Positions 39,091 through 48,099 of a stretch of DNA of 64,000 nucleotides are shown here, piece by piece (the first letter of the stretch is position 1; the number at the start of each line of letters is the position of its first letter). This stretch comes from Spirochaetia bacterium (GTDB lineage Bacteria; Spirochaetota; Spirochaetia; SZUA-6; Bin103): NCBI GenBank assembly GCA_965199955.1, contig CBDATQ010000002.1, positions 320,001 through 384,000 on the forward strand. Reading direction: 5' to 3'. The translations under genes and the position numbers were made by a program. A model generated the notes under the pieces. The model saw nothing but the letters and a program-made list of their open reading frames with translations. It ran no database searches and was not told the DNA's origin.

Positions 39091-39252
39091 ATGACCATAG
39101 ACCGCGGTCCGCGGCGGCGTCCGCACTCCGGGCCGCACTCTGCTGTCCGCTGCCCGACTGCGCGCGCCCCGCGTGCTGCCGCCCCGCTCCGGCGGCAGCG
39201 CGCTGGCGGAACGAGCCGCAGATGCACCGCTTGGCGGCGTGGCGTGCCCTGA
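39091..39252 (+). CDS. Possible 53-aa Arg/Pro-rich small ORF
   Basis: GGGAGGGG SD 7 nt before the ATG; MTIDRGPRRRPHSGPHSAVRCPTARAPRAAAPLRRQRAGGTSRRCTAWRRGVP; shorter than anything in the ORF track. Confidence 0.3.
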   Translation: MTIDRGPRRRPHSGPHSAVRCPTARAPRAAAPLRRQRAGGTSRRCTAWRRGVP

Positions 39253-39348
39253 TGTATACATGCTAACATGGCGAAAGGCGGGGTGGCTTGGAAGACCGAT
39301 GACGACGGCAGCGAAGCTGGGCGGCGGCCCGCGCGGAGTGGAGCGCTC

Positions 39349-40140
39349 GTGATCAAGGCGAATCCGCGCTGGCATGAGATGCCGGAGAACGACCTGTGGA
39401 ACCGCTATCGAAAGCAGCGGGACCCGTCCATCCGGGAGTACTTCGTGCATCAGTACGCGCCGCTGGTGAAGTACGTGGCGGGACGGGTCGCGATCGGCAT
39501 GCCGAGCGCTGTCGATTTCGACGACCTTGTGCAGTGCGGGATGTTCGGGTTGTTCGACGCCATCAGCAAGTTTGATCCCACCAAGCACGTCAAGTTCAAG
39601 ACGTACGCGGTGACCCGTATTCGCGGCGCGATCTTCGACGAGCTGCGTGCGATCGACTGGGTGCCGCGGTCGGTGCGTCAGAAGGCGCGGGAAGTGGAGG
39701 ACACGGTCCGCGAACTGGAGGCCGGCCTGGGACGGGCGGCGACCGACGAGGAGATCGCCGGAGGCATGGGTGTCAGCGTTCAGGAATTCCAGCGGGTTCT
39801 GGTGCGGATCGCCGGCACCGCGGTCGTGTCGCTGAACGACGTCTGGCACGGCGGTGAGGACGAGGATCGCGTGTCGATCGAGGACAACATCGAGTCGCCG
39901 ACGGAGTCCGGACCCGCGACCATCGCCGAGAAGGAAGAGATGAGGCGGGTGATCGTGGAGGCGATCAGGGAGTTGCCGGAGAACGAGCAGCAGGTCCTTG
40001 CGCTGTACTACTATGAGGAGTTGACCCTCAAGGAGATCGGGCAGGTGCTGGAGGTGACCGAGTCACGCGTGTCGCAGCTTCACACCAAGGCCCGATTGCG
40101 CCTGCGGACCAAGCTCACGAACGTCAAGCGCGGCATCTGA
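39349..40140 (+). CDS. fliA: FliA/WhiG-family sigma-28 factor
   Basis: YAPLVKYVAGR, FKTYAVTRIRGAIFDELRAIDWVPRSVR, YYYEELTLKEIGQVLEVTESRVSQLH; GGAG SD before GTG 39349. Confidence 0.95.
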   Translation: MIKANPRWHEMPENDLWNRYRKQRDPSIREYFVHQYAPLVKYVAGRVAIGMPSAVDFDDLVQCGMFGLFDAISKFDPTKHVKFKTYAVTRIRGAIFDELRAIDWVPRSVRQKAREVEDTVRELEAGLGRAATDEEIAGGMGVSVQEFQRVLVRIAGTAVVSLNDVWHGGEDEDRVSIEDNIESPTESGPATIAEKEEMRRVIVEAIRELPENEQQVLALYYYEELTLKEIGQVLEVTESRVSQLHTKARLRLRTKLTNVKRGI

Positions 40141-40171
40141 GGCCGCGGGGCGCCCGGAAGGCGCCAGGCTC

Positions 40172-42049
40172 TCACCGCAGGGTGAGGCGCACCTCCAGAC
40201 CGTCGCTGATCGGTGTTCCCGGCGGCGGACTCTGCCCGTGCACGAAGCCGTTGCCGATCAGTTGCACGAACAACCGGCTGTCGCTCAGCAGGGGCAGCAG
40301 GCTGCGCTTCGGGAGCCCACGATAGTCGCCGATCGCCGCTTCCTGTATCACCGGAGCGGCTGGCGTTTGCCGCGTGATGGCACCCTGGTACCGCACGCGC
40401 GGTGATTCGGCGCTCGACAGCGACAGGTACGGCACGAGGAATGCGGCGGCTTCCGCGAACAGCGGAGCCGCGATCAGGCCGCCGTATCGGGAAGGCCCTC
40501 GCGGATTGCGAATGGCGACGTAGAAGATCACCTGCGGGTTCTCGGTCGGCGCAATGGCCAGGAACGACGCGATCACCGCGTCTTCGGAATAGGATCCCGT
40601 GTACTCGTCCAGTATCTCCGCGGTGCCGGTCTTGCCGGAGACCCGAAGGCCGGGAACGCGTGCCAGCACGGCCGTGCCCCCGGGCTCGGTCGCGCCTTCC
40701 ATCATGGCAAGCATGGTGCGGGCGACCGCGGGTCTCACGACCCGGCGCACCGGTTCGGGCAGAAAGTCCTTGACGGTGGTGCCGTCGGCGCCGACCACCC
40801 GCCGCACGATCCGCGGCCGCATCATCACTCCGTCGTTGGCGATGGCGCTGGCGGCGCGCATGATCTGGACCGCCGACACTGCCACTTCCTGACCCATCGT
40901 CACGGTCGGCTTGGAGCGCAGCGACCACCGCTCGACGTCGTGGAAGATGCCGGCGGTCTCACCGGAGAAGGGAAGGTCGACCGCGGAGCCGAATCCGAAT
41001 GCGCTGAGCGCGGCATGGAAGCTCCCGTCGTCGATCCGGTCGGAGGCGTAGCCGGCACCCGCGTTGCACGAATACCTGATGATGTCCGCGGTAGTGATCG
41101 TGCCGTGTTTCTTCAGGTCCGCGATCCGAATGGTGCCGCCGCCCGGAGTGTGTCGTGTGTAGCGGCCGCCGCAATAGAAGGTATCGGTCGGCGTTACCGC
41201 ACCGCTCTCCAGCAAGGACGCAATCGAGAACACTTTGAACACGGACCCGGGTTCGTACGCGACCGCGACGGGACGGTTGATGCGGGTCTGCGCCGAGCTC
41301 GTGTCGATCGAGTTCGGGTCATAGCGCGGCGATGCCGCATAGGCCAGCAACTCCCCGGTCTGCGGCACCATGACCAGGATCGTTACCCATTGGGCCCGGT
41401 GCTCGGTACGCGCACGAACCGCGATCTGCTCCATCGCGTATTGCACGTTCACGTCGATGGTCAGCACCACCTGGTGGCCGCGCACGAGTTGTTCTCCTGG
41501 CTGGACGACGGCCGGCGACAGCACGTGATCGAAGGTGTTCTCGATCCCGTCAAGTCCGACGCCGTCGACACCCACGAAGCCGAGTACATGGCTGGCAAGT
41601 TCCTGCTCGGGGTAGGTGCGCCCGAACTCGGTTTGCAGCGACACGCCACGCAGTTCGCCGGCCTGCAGATGCGTGCGCAGTTGCGCCGACTCGGTCGGGG
41701 TGATCTTGCGCTTGAGATACGCGAAGTGGGGCCGGCCCCGGAGCCGCTGTTCCATCCGCGACCGGTCGAGGTCCAGCACTTCGCTCAGCGTGGCCGCGGC
41801 TGCCGCGGGGTCGGTTACGTCCGGGGTCCAGACCGAAACCGAGTCGAAACGCGTTGCGATCGCCAGCAGCCGCCCGTTTCGGTCCAGTATGGGCCCGCGT
41901 TCGACGTCGGAAACCTGCACGGCGGCGCGCGGATCCGGCAACGGCTGGACGACCATCAGCCAGACGAACCGAGCCGCGATCGCCACGGCAAGAACGCCCA
42001 GGCCCATGATCACCGTCCACATGCGGTAGCGTTCGCGCGCTTCCAACAT
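40172..42049 (-). CDS. ftsI: Class B penicillin-binding protein (FtsI/PBP3-like) with a C-terminal PASTA-like domain
   Basis: RGPILDRNG, GLDGIE, SxxK (SVFK), SxN (SCN), KTGT; own promoter TCGACA-N17-TACACT. Confidence 0.9.
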   Translation of the reverse strand: MLEARERYRMWTVIMGLGVLAVAIAARFVWLMVVQPLPDPRAAVQVSDVERGPILDRNGRLLAIATRFDSVSVWTPDVTDPAAAAATLSEVLDLDRSRMEQRLRGRPHFAYLKRKITPTESAQLRTHLQAGELRGVSLQTEFGRTYPEQELASHVLGFVGVDGVGLDGIENTFDHVLSPAVVQPGEQLVRGHQVVLTIDVNVQYAMEQIAVRARTEHRAQWVTILVMVPQTGELLAYAASPRYDPNSIDTSSAQTRINRPVAVAYEPGSVFKVFSIASLLESGAVTPTDTFYCGGRYTRHTPGGGTIRIADLKKHGTITTADIIRYSCNAGAGYASDRIDDGSFHAALSAFGFGSAVDLPFSGETAGIFHDVERWSLRSKPTVTMGQEVAVSAVQIMRAASAIANDGVMMRPRIVRRVVGADGTTVKDFLPEPVRRVVRPAVARTMLAMMEGATEPGGTAVLARVPGLRVSGKTGTAEILDEYTGSYSEDAVIASFLAIAPTENPQVIFYVAIRNPRGPSRYGGLIAAPLFAEAAAFLVPYLSLSSAESPRVRYQGAITRQTPAAPVIQEAAIGDYRGLPKRSLLPLLSDSRLFVQLIGNGFVHGQSPPPGTPISDGLEVRLTLR

Positions 42050-42082
42050 CGGTGCCGTGCGGGTCCCCGGAAAGTGTAATAG

Positions 42083-43291
42083 GTGGCGCGGGATGTGTCG
42101 ATACAGAGGACGATGGTACGTGCACTCCACGCGCAAAGAGTCGCCGCACCCGATCGCGCTCGTGCCGCGTTCGTCCGCGAGTTGAAGAGGCAGAGCGTCG
42201 CCAGCCTCCGTCCGCGCCATTCGCGGTTCGATGAACCGTTCGACTTCAGCCCCCGCCGGGCCGCGCAGTTGACGGTCGTCCCGGCCGGCGTGTCGGAAGC
42301 AGCCGACCGCGCGCGCGCCGCATCGCTGCGGTCCCTGTGGCGGCGCGGGCTGTTCGACCGGTTGCAGAGCCGCCTGCGCGGCAGGTTCCGCGTGATCGTG
42401 AACGTGGCGGTGGCCGTCGCCGCAGCGGTGATACCCGCCGGTCTGGTGATCGCCGCCGCCCGGCCTCAGGCGCCGCCGACGGTGCCCGGGCCTGCCGACA
42501 GTCTCATTCACCGTGACGTGGCGCCGGCTGACTCGAGCTCGGCGGAGGCCGCGTGGGATGCGGTTCCCGACCTGTCGCTTCGCTCGTATCTGATCCGGGC
42601 GGACGATTCACTCTCGGAGATCGCGCACCGCTTCGGCATCAACCTCGACACCCTGATCAGCTTCAACGCCATCCGCGACGTGAGCGATCTGCAGGAGGGC
42701 GTGGAACTGACGATACCGAACGCGTCAGGGCTCTCCTATTCGGTGCGTTCAGGTGACACGCTCAGCGATATCGCCGCCCGGCACGGTGTGCGCCTGACGG
42801 AGTTGATGGAGTGGAATGACCTGCCGTCGTCCGCGCTCGGCGTGGGGCAGAAGCTGTTCATTCCGGGTGCTTCGTTGCCGATGAATGCACGGAACGCCGT
42901 GCTCGGCAGGCTGTTCCTCAAACCCGTGCCCGGACGGGTCGTCACGCCCTTCGGTGACCACCCCGATCCGGTCACGGGCATCCGCCGCTTCCACGACGGG
43001 ATCGACATCGAGCATGCGGCCGGCACACCGGTCGCCGCATCCATGGCGGGGCGGGTGGGCCGCGTGGGAGTCAACGGCACCTACGGACGGTACCTTGTGC
43101 TGGTGCATGCCGACGGCTACCAGACCCTGTACGCGCGTCTGTCACAGGCGCATGTGGTGGCAGGCGCCCTGGTGGCCCAGAGCCAGGTTATCGGCACGAT
43201 GGGCGCGCCGGGAGACAGCACGAACAGCCACCTGCACTTCTCGATCTTCAAGGCCGGCCAGCCTGTTGACCCGAGCCGCTATCTGCACTAG
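42083..43291 (+). CDS. LysM-LysM-M23 peptidase family protein
   Basis: DSLSEIAHRFGI and GDTLSDIAARHGV LysM repeats; HDGID and HLHF; YARL instead of YAHL. Start uncertain (42083 or 42113). Confidence 0.88.
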   Translation: MARDVSIQRTMVRALHAQRVAAPDRARAAFVRELKRQSVASLRPRHSRFDEPFDFSPRRAAQLTVVPAGVSEAADRARAASLRSLWRRGLFDRLQSRLRGRFRVIVNVAVAVAAAVIPAGLVIAAARPQAPPTVPGPADSLIHRDVAPADSSSAEAAWDAVPDLSLRSYLIRADDSLSEIAHRFGINLDTLISFNAIRDVSDLQEGVELTIPNASGLSYSVRSGDTLSDIAARHGVRLTELMEWNDLPSSALGVGQKLFIPGASLPMNARNAVLGRLFLKPVPGRVVTPFGDHPDPVTGIRRFHDGIDIEHAAGTPVAASMAGRVGRVGVNGTYGRYLVLVHADGYQTLYARLSQAHVVAGALVAQSQVIGTMGAPGDSTNSHLHFSIFKAGQPVDPSRYLH

Positions 43292-43305
43292 CATGATGCG
43301 CGCTC

Positions 43306-44265
43306 GTGGAGGGACGCGCTGACCGCATTCTGCTGACAGGAGCCGTCATGCTGTCGGTGATCCTTGTCGCCGCGCAGTCCGTCGGGCTGTCCCTGACCAA
43401 GAGCGCCACCCTCGAACGCGACTATCTGCATCTGCCCGAGCGATGGTTCGAGGTTCTGCACCAGCCCCGCGTCGTACCGGCGGCCGTCCTGCCCGCAGGC
43501 GGCGCGGCTTCGGCGGCGTGGCCGCTGCCCATCGCCACCATGCGCTACGCGGCGCAGCCCGGCGACAACCTGTCCCTCATCAAGAAACGGTTCGGGCTGA
43601 CGCTGGACACGCTGTCCAGCCTCAATCGCGACGCCGGTTCCGGCGTCCACAATGTCGACATCGGTGAAGTCTTCACGATTCCGAACCAGGACGGACTCTT
43701 TTTGAAAGTGGAGAGCAGGGACCATCTGGAGACCGTGGCTGGCGATCACGGGCTGGCCGGCAGCGACGTGCTGGCCGCCAATCCCGTGGTCGACGCCCAG
43801 TCGGTGAGCGGTGAGTTGTTCTTCCCCGGCGCCCAGAACTCCGGGTTCGAGCGCTTGCTGAGGATGGGGCTGGGATTCGGCCACCCGTTGCGCGGCGGGT
43901 GGGTGAGCTCCCCGTTCGGGATGCGCGTACATCCCTTCAGCGGCAAGTGGCGCATGCACCGCGGCGTCGACATCGCTGCGCCGCACGGCACCCCGGTGCA
44001 GGCGGCCGCGGACGGTCGCGTCGAGCGGGTGGCGCGGGACGGCGTCCTGGGGAGATACCTCGTGATCGACCATGGAGCGCGTTCCTACCAGTCGCTATAC
44101 GCGCACCTGTCTTCCGTGCATGTCGATGTCGGAGAGCTGGTGTCCACCGGCAACACGATCGGCCGCGTGGGTTCGACCGGCCAGTCTACCGGCCCCCATC
44201 TCCACTTCGAGCTGTGGAGCCGGCGGCAGCCGATCAATCCGTCCTCGCAGGTGCCCGGCCTCTAG
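43306..44265 (+). CDS. LysM-M23 peptidase
   Basis: GDNLSLIKKRFGL LysM; HRGVD, YAHL, STGPHLHFE. Confidence 0.9.
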   Translation: MEGRADRILLTGAVMLSVILVAAQSVGLSLTKSATLERDYLHLPERWFEVLHQPRVVPAAVLPAGGAASAAWPLPIATMRYAAQPGDNLSLIKKRFGLTLDTLSSLNRDAGSGVHNVDIGEVFTIPNQDGLFLKVESRDHLETVAGDHGLAGSDVLAANPVVDAQSVSGELFFPGAQNSGFERLLRMGLGFGHPLRGGWVSSPFGMRVHPFSGKWRMHRGVDIAAPHGTPVQAAADGRVERVARDGVLGRYLVIDHGARSYQSLYAHLSSVHVDVGELVSTGNTIGRVGSTGQSTGPHLHFELWSRRQPINPSSQVPGL

Positions 44266-44270
44266 CGCCT

Positions 44271-44351
44271 CGCGAGCGGCGCCGTTGCACGGCGCCGCTC
44301 GCGGACCAGCCCCTCCTTTGGCTCGGAGCGCATCGGTTCCCGATGCGCTCC
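44271..44351. terminator. Two perfect hairpins between convergent genes
   Basis: CGCGAGCGGCGCCGT-tgc-ACGGCGCCGCTCGCG (44271-44303) and GGAGCGCATCGG-ttc-CCGATGCGCTCC (44325-44351). Confidence 0.65.
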
Positions 44352-44378
44352 TCGCCGGGGCCCGTGGGTGGTTGGCGA

Positions 44379-45194
44379 TCAGCCGCGAGCGATCTCCTGA
44401 CCCAGGGCCCATGGATCGATGCAGGTCAGGCTGACGGATCCTCGGGCGAGCACGTCGATGTCGGTCCCTGCGTCGGGGTTGCGGATGGCGGGAGCCCCCA
44501 CATGGCGCAGCACGTCTCCGTGGCGCTCGAAACAGGAGCCGTAGCGCGCGCGCTCCAACGCGCACGGGATCAGCCGCCAGTCGGCGGCCAGCCTCGCCGG
44601 GACGTTCACGCTCCAGGTGACGGGGCGTTCGGTTCGTCGTTCGCCGGGCGGACGAACCCGGGGCAGCAGGTCGGCCAGCAGCGCGGGTAGCAGATGGTCG
44701 AGCCGCGCGGCGGCGTCGCCCAGCTCCGTTCCCGGCTTCGCCGGTGCGCGCGCGGCCCAGCGTTCGAATCCTGCCGTGGTGAGTTGCTGCGACAGGGCGA
44801 TCGCCGGGATGAGCGCGATGTTGGCCTCCAGGCAGGCGCCGATGGTGCCGGATGAGGCCGCGTAGGAAACACCGGTGTTCTCACCGGCGTTCACCCCGGA
44901 CAGGACCAGGTCGGGTGTGCGCGGACCGAGCAGATGGCAGCCGGCGTTGACGCAGTCGGCCGGCGTGCCTCCCAGGGTGAAACCGGTCACGGCGTGACCG
45001 GCTCGATCCCGGTGGTCATGGCGTACCAGCGGCAGGTCGGCGTAGCGGGTCATCGCCTTCGACGTCCAACTGCGCTCCGAGGCGGGCAGGACCACCGTGA
45101 CCGAGCCGAGCGAGGCGGCGGCCCTGATCAGCAGGGCCACGAACGGCGACTCCGGACCGTCGTCGTTGGTTACCAGAATGTGCATGCCGTCCAT
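44379..45194 (-). CDS. surE: 5'/3'-nucleotidase SurE
   Basis: ILVTNDDG, GTPADCV, DLVLSGVNAGEN, SGTIGA. Confidence 0.92.
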   Translation of the reverse strand: MDGMHILVTNDDGPESPFVALLIRAAASLGSVTVVLPASERSWTSKAMTRYADLPLVRHDHRDRAGHAVTGFTLGGTPADCVNAGCHLLGPRTPDLVLSGVNAGENTGVSYAASSGTIGACLEANIALIPAIALSQQLTTAGFERWAARAPAKPGTELGDAAARLDHLLPALLADLLPRVRPPGERRTERPVTWSVNVPARLAADWRLIPCALERARYGSCFERHGDVLRHVGAPAIRNPDAGTDIDVLARGSVSLTCIDPWALGQEIARG

Positions 45195-45237
45195 GTGAGT
45201 CAATGTGCAGGGCGTCGAGTGGTCGAACGAAATCCGG

Positions 45238-48063
45238 TCAGCGTCCGTGGCAGAACTTGAACTTCTTGCCGCTGCCGCAGTAGCAGGGCTCGTTGCGTCC
45301 GATCTTCCGCTCCGCCTGCGGCGTGGAAGGTCCCGGCAGTGCCGGTCCCGCGCTGGCGGTAGATGCGACCGCGGCAGCCGATCCGACCGGCGTGGCCCGC
45401 CGGCTGGGCACACGGCGGGCGGGCATCGCCGAGGCTCCTTCGGCGTCGCCCTGCCGCATGGCTGCGAATTGCCCCAGCTCGCGATGCATGGTCGCCATGC
45501 CCTCCGGCTGCGGTCTGCGCGCCGGCCGGACGGCGCCTGCCGTGCCGTTCCCGGTCCGGATCGTGACTCGGAAGATCTTCTCCGCAATGGTGTTGCGGAT
45601 GCCGGCGAGCATCTCGTCGAAGATCTGAAAACCCTCGAGCTTGTACTCCAGCAAGGGGTTCTTCTGGCTGTAGGTGCGCAGGTACACCGCGTCGCGCAAC
45701 GCGTCGAGACTCTCCAGGTGATCCTGCCACCGGGCGTCGATCAGACGCAGATACTCGTAGCGGATGAACAGATTGAAGTTGGCCGTTCCGACCAGGTCCG
45801 CCTTCTCGGCAAGATGGGCGTCCATCGCGGTCACCACCCGGTCGCGCACCTCGCCGCCGCGCAGATCGGCCAGCGCCGCCTCCCCGTCCGGCATGGCGAA
45901 TCCGAACCGGGAGCGCAACGCGGAGAGCGTCCCGGCTACGGAGTACTCGGCGCCGCCGGTCAACTCATCGACCGCCGCCGTGGCGGTCTCCCGTACCCGG
46001 CCGAGCAGATCGTCATCCGCCATGATCTCGTCGCGCTTTCCGTAGATGTACTTGCGCTGCTCGTTGAGCACGTTGTCGAAGTCCAACAGGTGCTTGCGCA
46101 GTTCGAAGTTCCGCTCCTCGACCCGCTTCTGTGCGCGGGCGATCGACTTGTTCAGCCACGGATGGGCCAGGGGCTCCCCGTCCTTCATGCCCACCTTCGA
46201 CATCATGCTCCGCAGGTTTTCACCGAACAGGCGCATCAGGTCGTCGTCCAGCGAGATATAGAAACGGGACGATCCGGGGTCGCCCTGACGCCCGGAGCGG
46301 CCGCGGAGCTGGTTGTCTATCCGGCGCGACTCGTGGCGCTCGGTGCCGAGCACGTGCAATCCGCCGGCGCCGCGGACCGTGTCGTAGCGGTGGCGCCAGT
46401 CATCGAGCTCGCGTTCGTAGATGGTCCTGAACCGCTCCTCGTCACCGGCGGCGTCGCCGGTCCCATCGCCGCTGTCGGCAGCATGGCGCCGGCGGGCGGC
46501 ATACTCCGGGTTGCCGCCGAGCTTGATGTCAGTGCCGCGTCCGGCCATGTTGGTGGCGATCGTCACCGCACCCTTGGCACCCGCCTGCGAGATGATCAGC
46601 GCCTCCCTCGCGTGCGCCTTGGCATTGAGCACTTCGTGCTCGACCCCGCGACTGCGCAGCAGCTTCGAGAGCTGCTCGGACTTCTCGATGGAGACGGTGC
46701 CGACCAGCACCGGCTGCCCCGCCTCCTGGCAGGCGGCCAGCTCGTCCCCGATCGCGGCCATCTTGTCCTGCTCGTTGAGGAAGATCACGTCGTCGTGGTC
46801 GGCCCGGACCAGCGGGCGGTTGGTGGGTATGACCACCACGTCCAGACCGTAGATGTTGCCGAACTCGGTCGCCTCGGTATCGGCCGTACCGGTCATGCCG
46901 GACAGCTTGTCGTAGAGCTTGAAGTAGTTCTGAAACGAGATAGAGGCGAGCGTCCGGTTGCGCTTGAGGATCGGGATCCGCTCCTTCGCCTCGATCGCCT
47001 GGTGCAGGCCGTCGGAGTAGCGTCGGCCGTGCAGAATGCGGCCGGTGAACTCGTCGACGATCTGCACGGTGCCGTCCTCGACCACGTAGTCCACATCCCG
47101 TTGGAACAACCGGTGGGCGCGCAGCGCCTGGGTCAGGTAGTGGATGTACTCGAAGTTCTCGTCGTCTACCAGCGACCCCCGGATCAGGCGCTTGCCGCGC
47201 AACAGACCTTCGGCCGCGGCGATCCCTTCGTCGGTGAACGATATGCGCTTGCCCTTCTCATCCAGCTTGTAGTGGCCGATCGGCTCCTCGGGGTAGTCGT
47301 CGGTCTCGGGATCCTTCGCACACTCCCGGAACCCGCCGACCAGCCGGTCGACCTGCGCGAAACGCTCGGTGTCGTCTTCGGCCGCCCCGGAGATGATCAG
47401 CGGCGTGCGCGCCTCGTCGATCAGGATCGAGTCGATTTCGTCCACGATGCAGTACCGGTGACCGCGCTGTGCGCGAGCTTCGGAGTCCCAGCGCATGTTG
47501 TCGCGCAGATAGTCGAATCCCAACTCGTTGTTGGTGCCGTAGGTGATGTCGCACGCGTAGGCTTCCGTGCGCTCGCGCATTTCCATGCGCGACAGGACCA
47601 CCCCCACGCTCAGGCCCAGGAAGCGATGCACGCGGCCCATCCACTCGGCGTCGCGTTCGGCCAGGTAGTCGTTGACCGTGACGACGTGCACGCCGTCGCC
47701 GGACAGCGCGTTGAGATAGGCTGCGGGGACGCTTGCCAGGGTCTTTCCCTCACCGGTCTTCATCTCGACGATCGCGCCGCGGTCCAGGATGATGCCGCCC
47801 ATGAGCTGGACGTCGAAGATGCGCTCGCCGAGTTGCCTGCGCGCGGCCTCCCGCGCCAGGGCGAACGCCTCCGGCAGGATCTGGTCGCGCGCTTCGCCCG
47901 ACTGGAGCCGCTTCTTCAGCTTGTCCGTCCACGCCGGAAAGTCGGTTTCGGAAAGCGCGACCATCCGCGACTCCAGCTCGTTGATCCGGTTCACGAGCGG
48001 AACCAGGGCCTTCAGATCACGGTTGGACTTTGAGCCGAGTACGCGGGACAGGAAACCCCGCAT
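45238..48063 (-). CDS. secA: Protein translocase ATPase SecA
   Basis: MKTGEGKT, DEIDSILIDEARTPLIISG, NMAGRGTDI, QLRGRSGRQGDPG, C-terminal CYCGSGKKFKFCH. Confidence 0.99.
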   Translation of the reverse strand: MRGFLSRVLGSKSNRDLKALVPLVNRINELESRMVALSETDFPAWTDKLKKRLQSGEARDQILPEAFALAREAARRQLGERIFDVQLMGGIILDRGAIVEMKTGEGKTLASVPAAYLNALSGDGVHVVTVNDYLAERDAEWMGRVHRFLGLSVGVVLSRMEMRERTEAYACDITYGTNNELGFDYLRDNMRWDSEARAQRGHRYCIVDEIDSILIDEARTPLIISGAAEDDTERFAQVDRLVGGFRECAKDPETDDYPEEPIGHYKLDEKGKRISFTDEGIAAAEGLLRGKRLIRGSLVDDENFEYIHYLTQALRAHRLFQRDVDYVVEDGTVQIVDEFTGRILHGRRYSDGLHQAIEAKERIPILKRNRTLASISFQNYFKLYDKLSGMTGTADTEATEFGNIYGLDVVVIPTNRPLVRADHDDVIFLNEQDKMAAIGDELAACQEAGQPVLVGTVSIEKSEQLSKLLRSRGVEHEVLNAKAHAREALIISQAGAKGAVTIATNMAGRGTDIKLGGNPEYAARRRHAADSGDGTGDAAGDEERFRTIYERELDDWRHRYDTVRGAGGLHVLGTERHESRRIDNQLRGRSGRQGDPGSSRFYISLDDDLMRLFGENLRSMMSKVGMKDGEPLAHPWLNKSIARAQKRVEERNFELRKHLLDFDNVLNEQRKYIYGKRDEIMADDDLLGRVRETATAAVDELTGGAEYSVAGTLSALRSRFGFAMPDGEAALADLRGGEVRDRVVTAMDAHLAEKADLVGTANFNLFIRYEYLRLIDARWQDHLESLDALRDAVYLRTYSQKNPLLEYKLEGFQIFDEMLAGIRNTIAEKIFRVTIRTGNGTAGAVRPARRPQPEGMATMHRELGQFAAMRQGDAEGASAMPARRVPSRRATPVGSAAAVASTASAGPALPGPSTPQAERKIGRNEPCYCGSGKKFKFCHGR

Positions 48064-48069
48064 AGTGCG

Positions 48070-48099
48070 AATGTATCGACGGCTGGAAGCCAAGGTCAA
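48070..48099 (-). promoter_or_regulatory. secA promoter (leaderless arrangement)
   Basis: Minus strand TTGACC-N18-TACATT-N6-ATG. Confidence 0.65.

Noticed and set aside
39270..39302. Sigma-28 autoregulatory promoter (GAAA...CCGATGA)
   Set aside because: The spacing is too long and the -35 is poor.
45205..48033. Very long antisense ORFs (942 aa opposite secA and similar ones opposite other genes)
   Set aside because: Expected stop-poor shadows of GC-rich coding strands, with no recognisable motifs.
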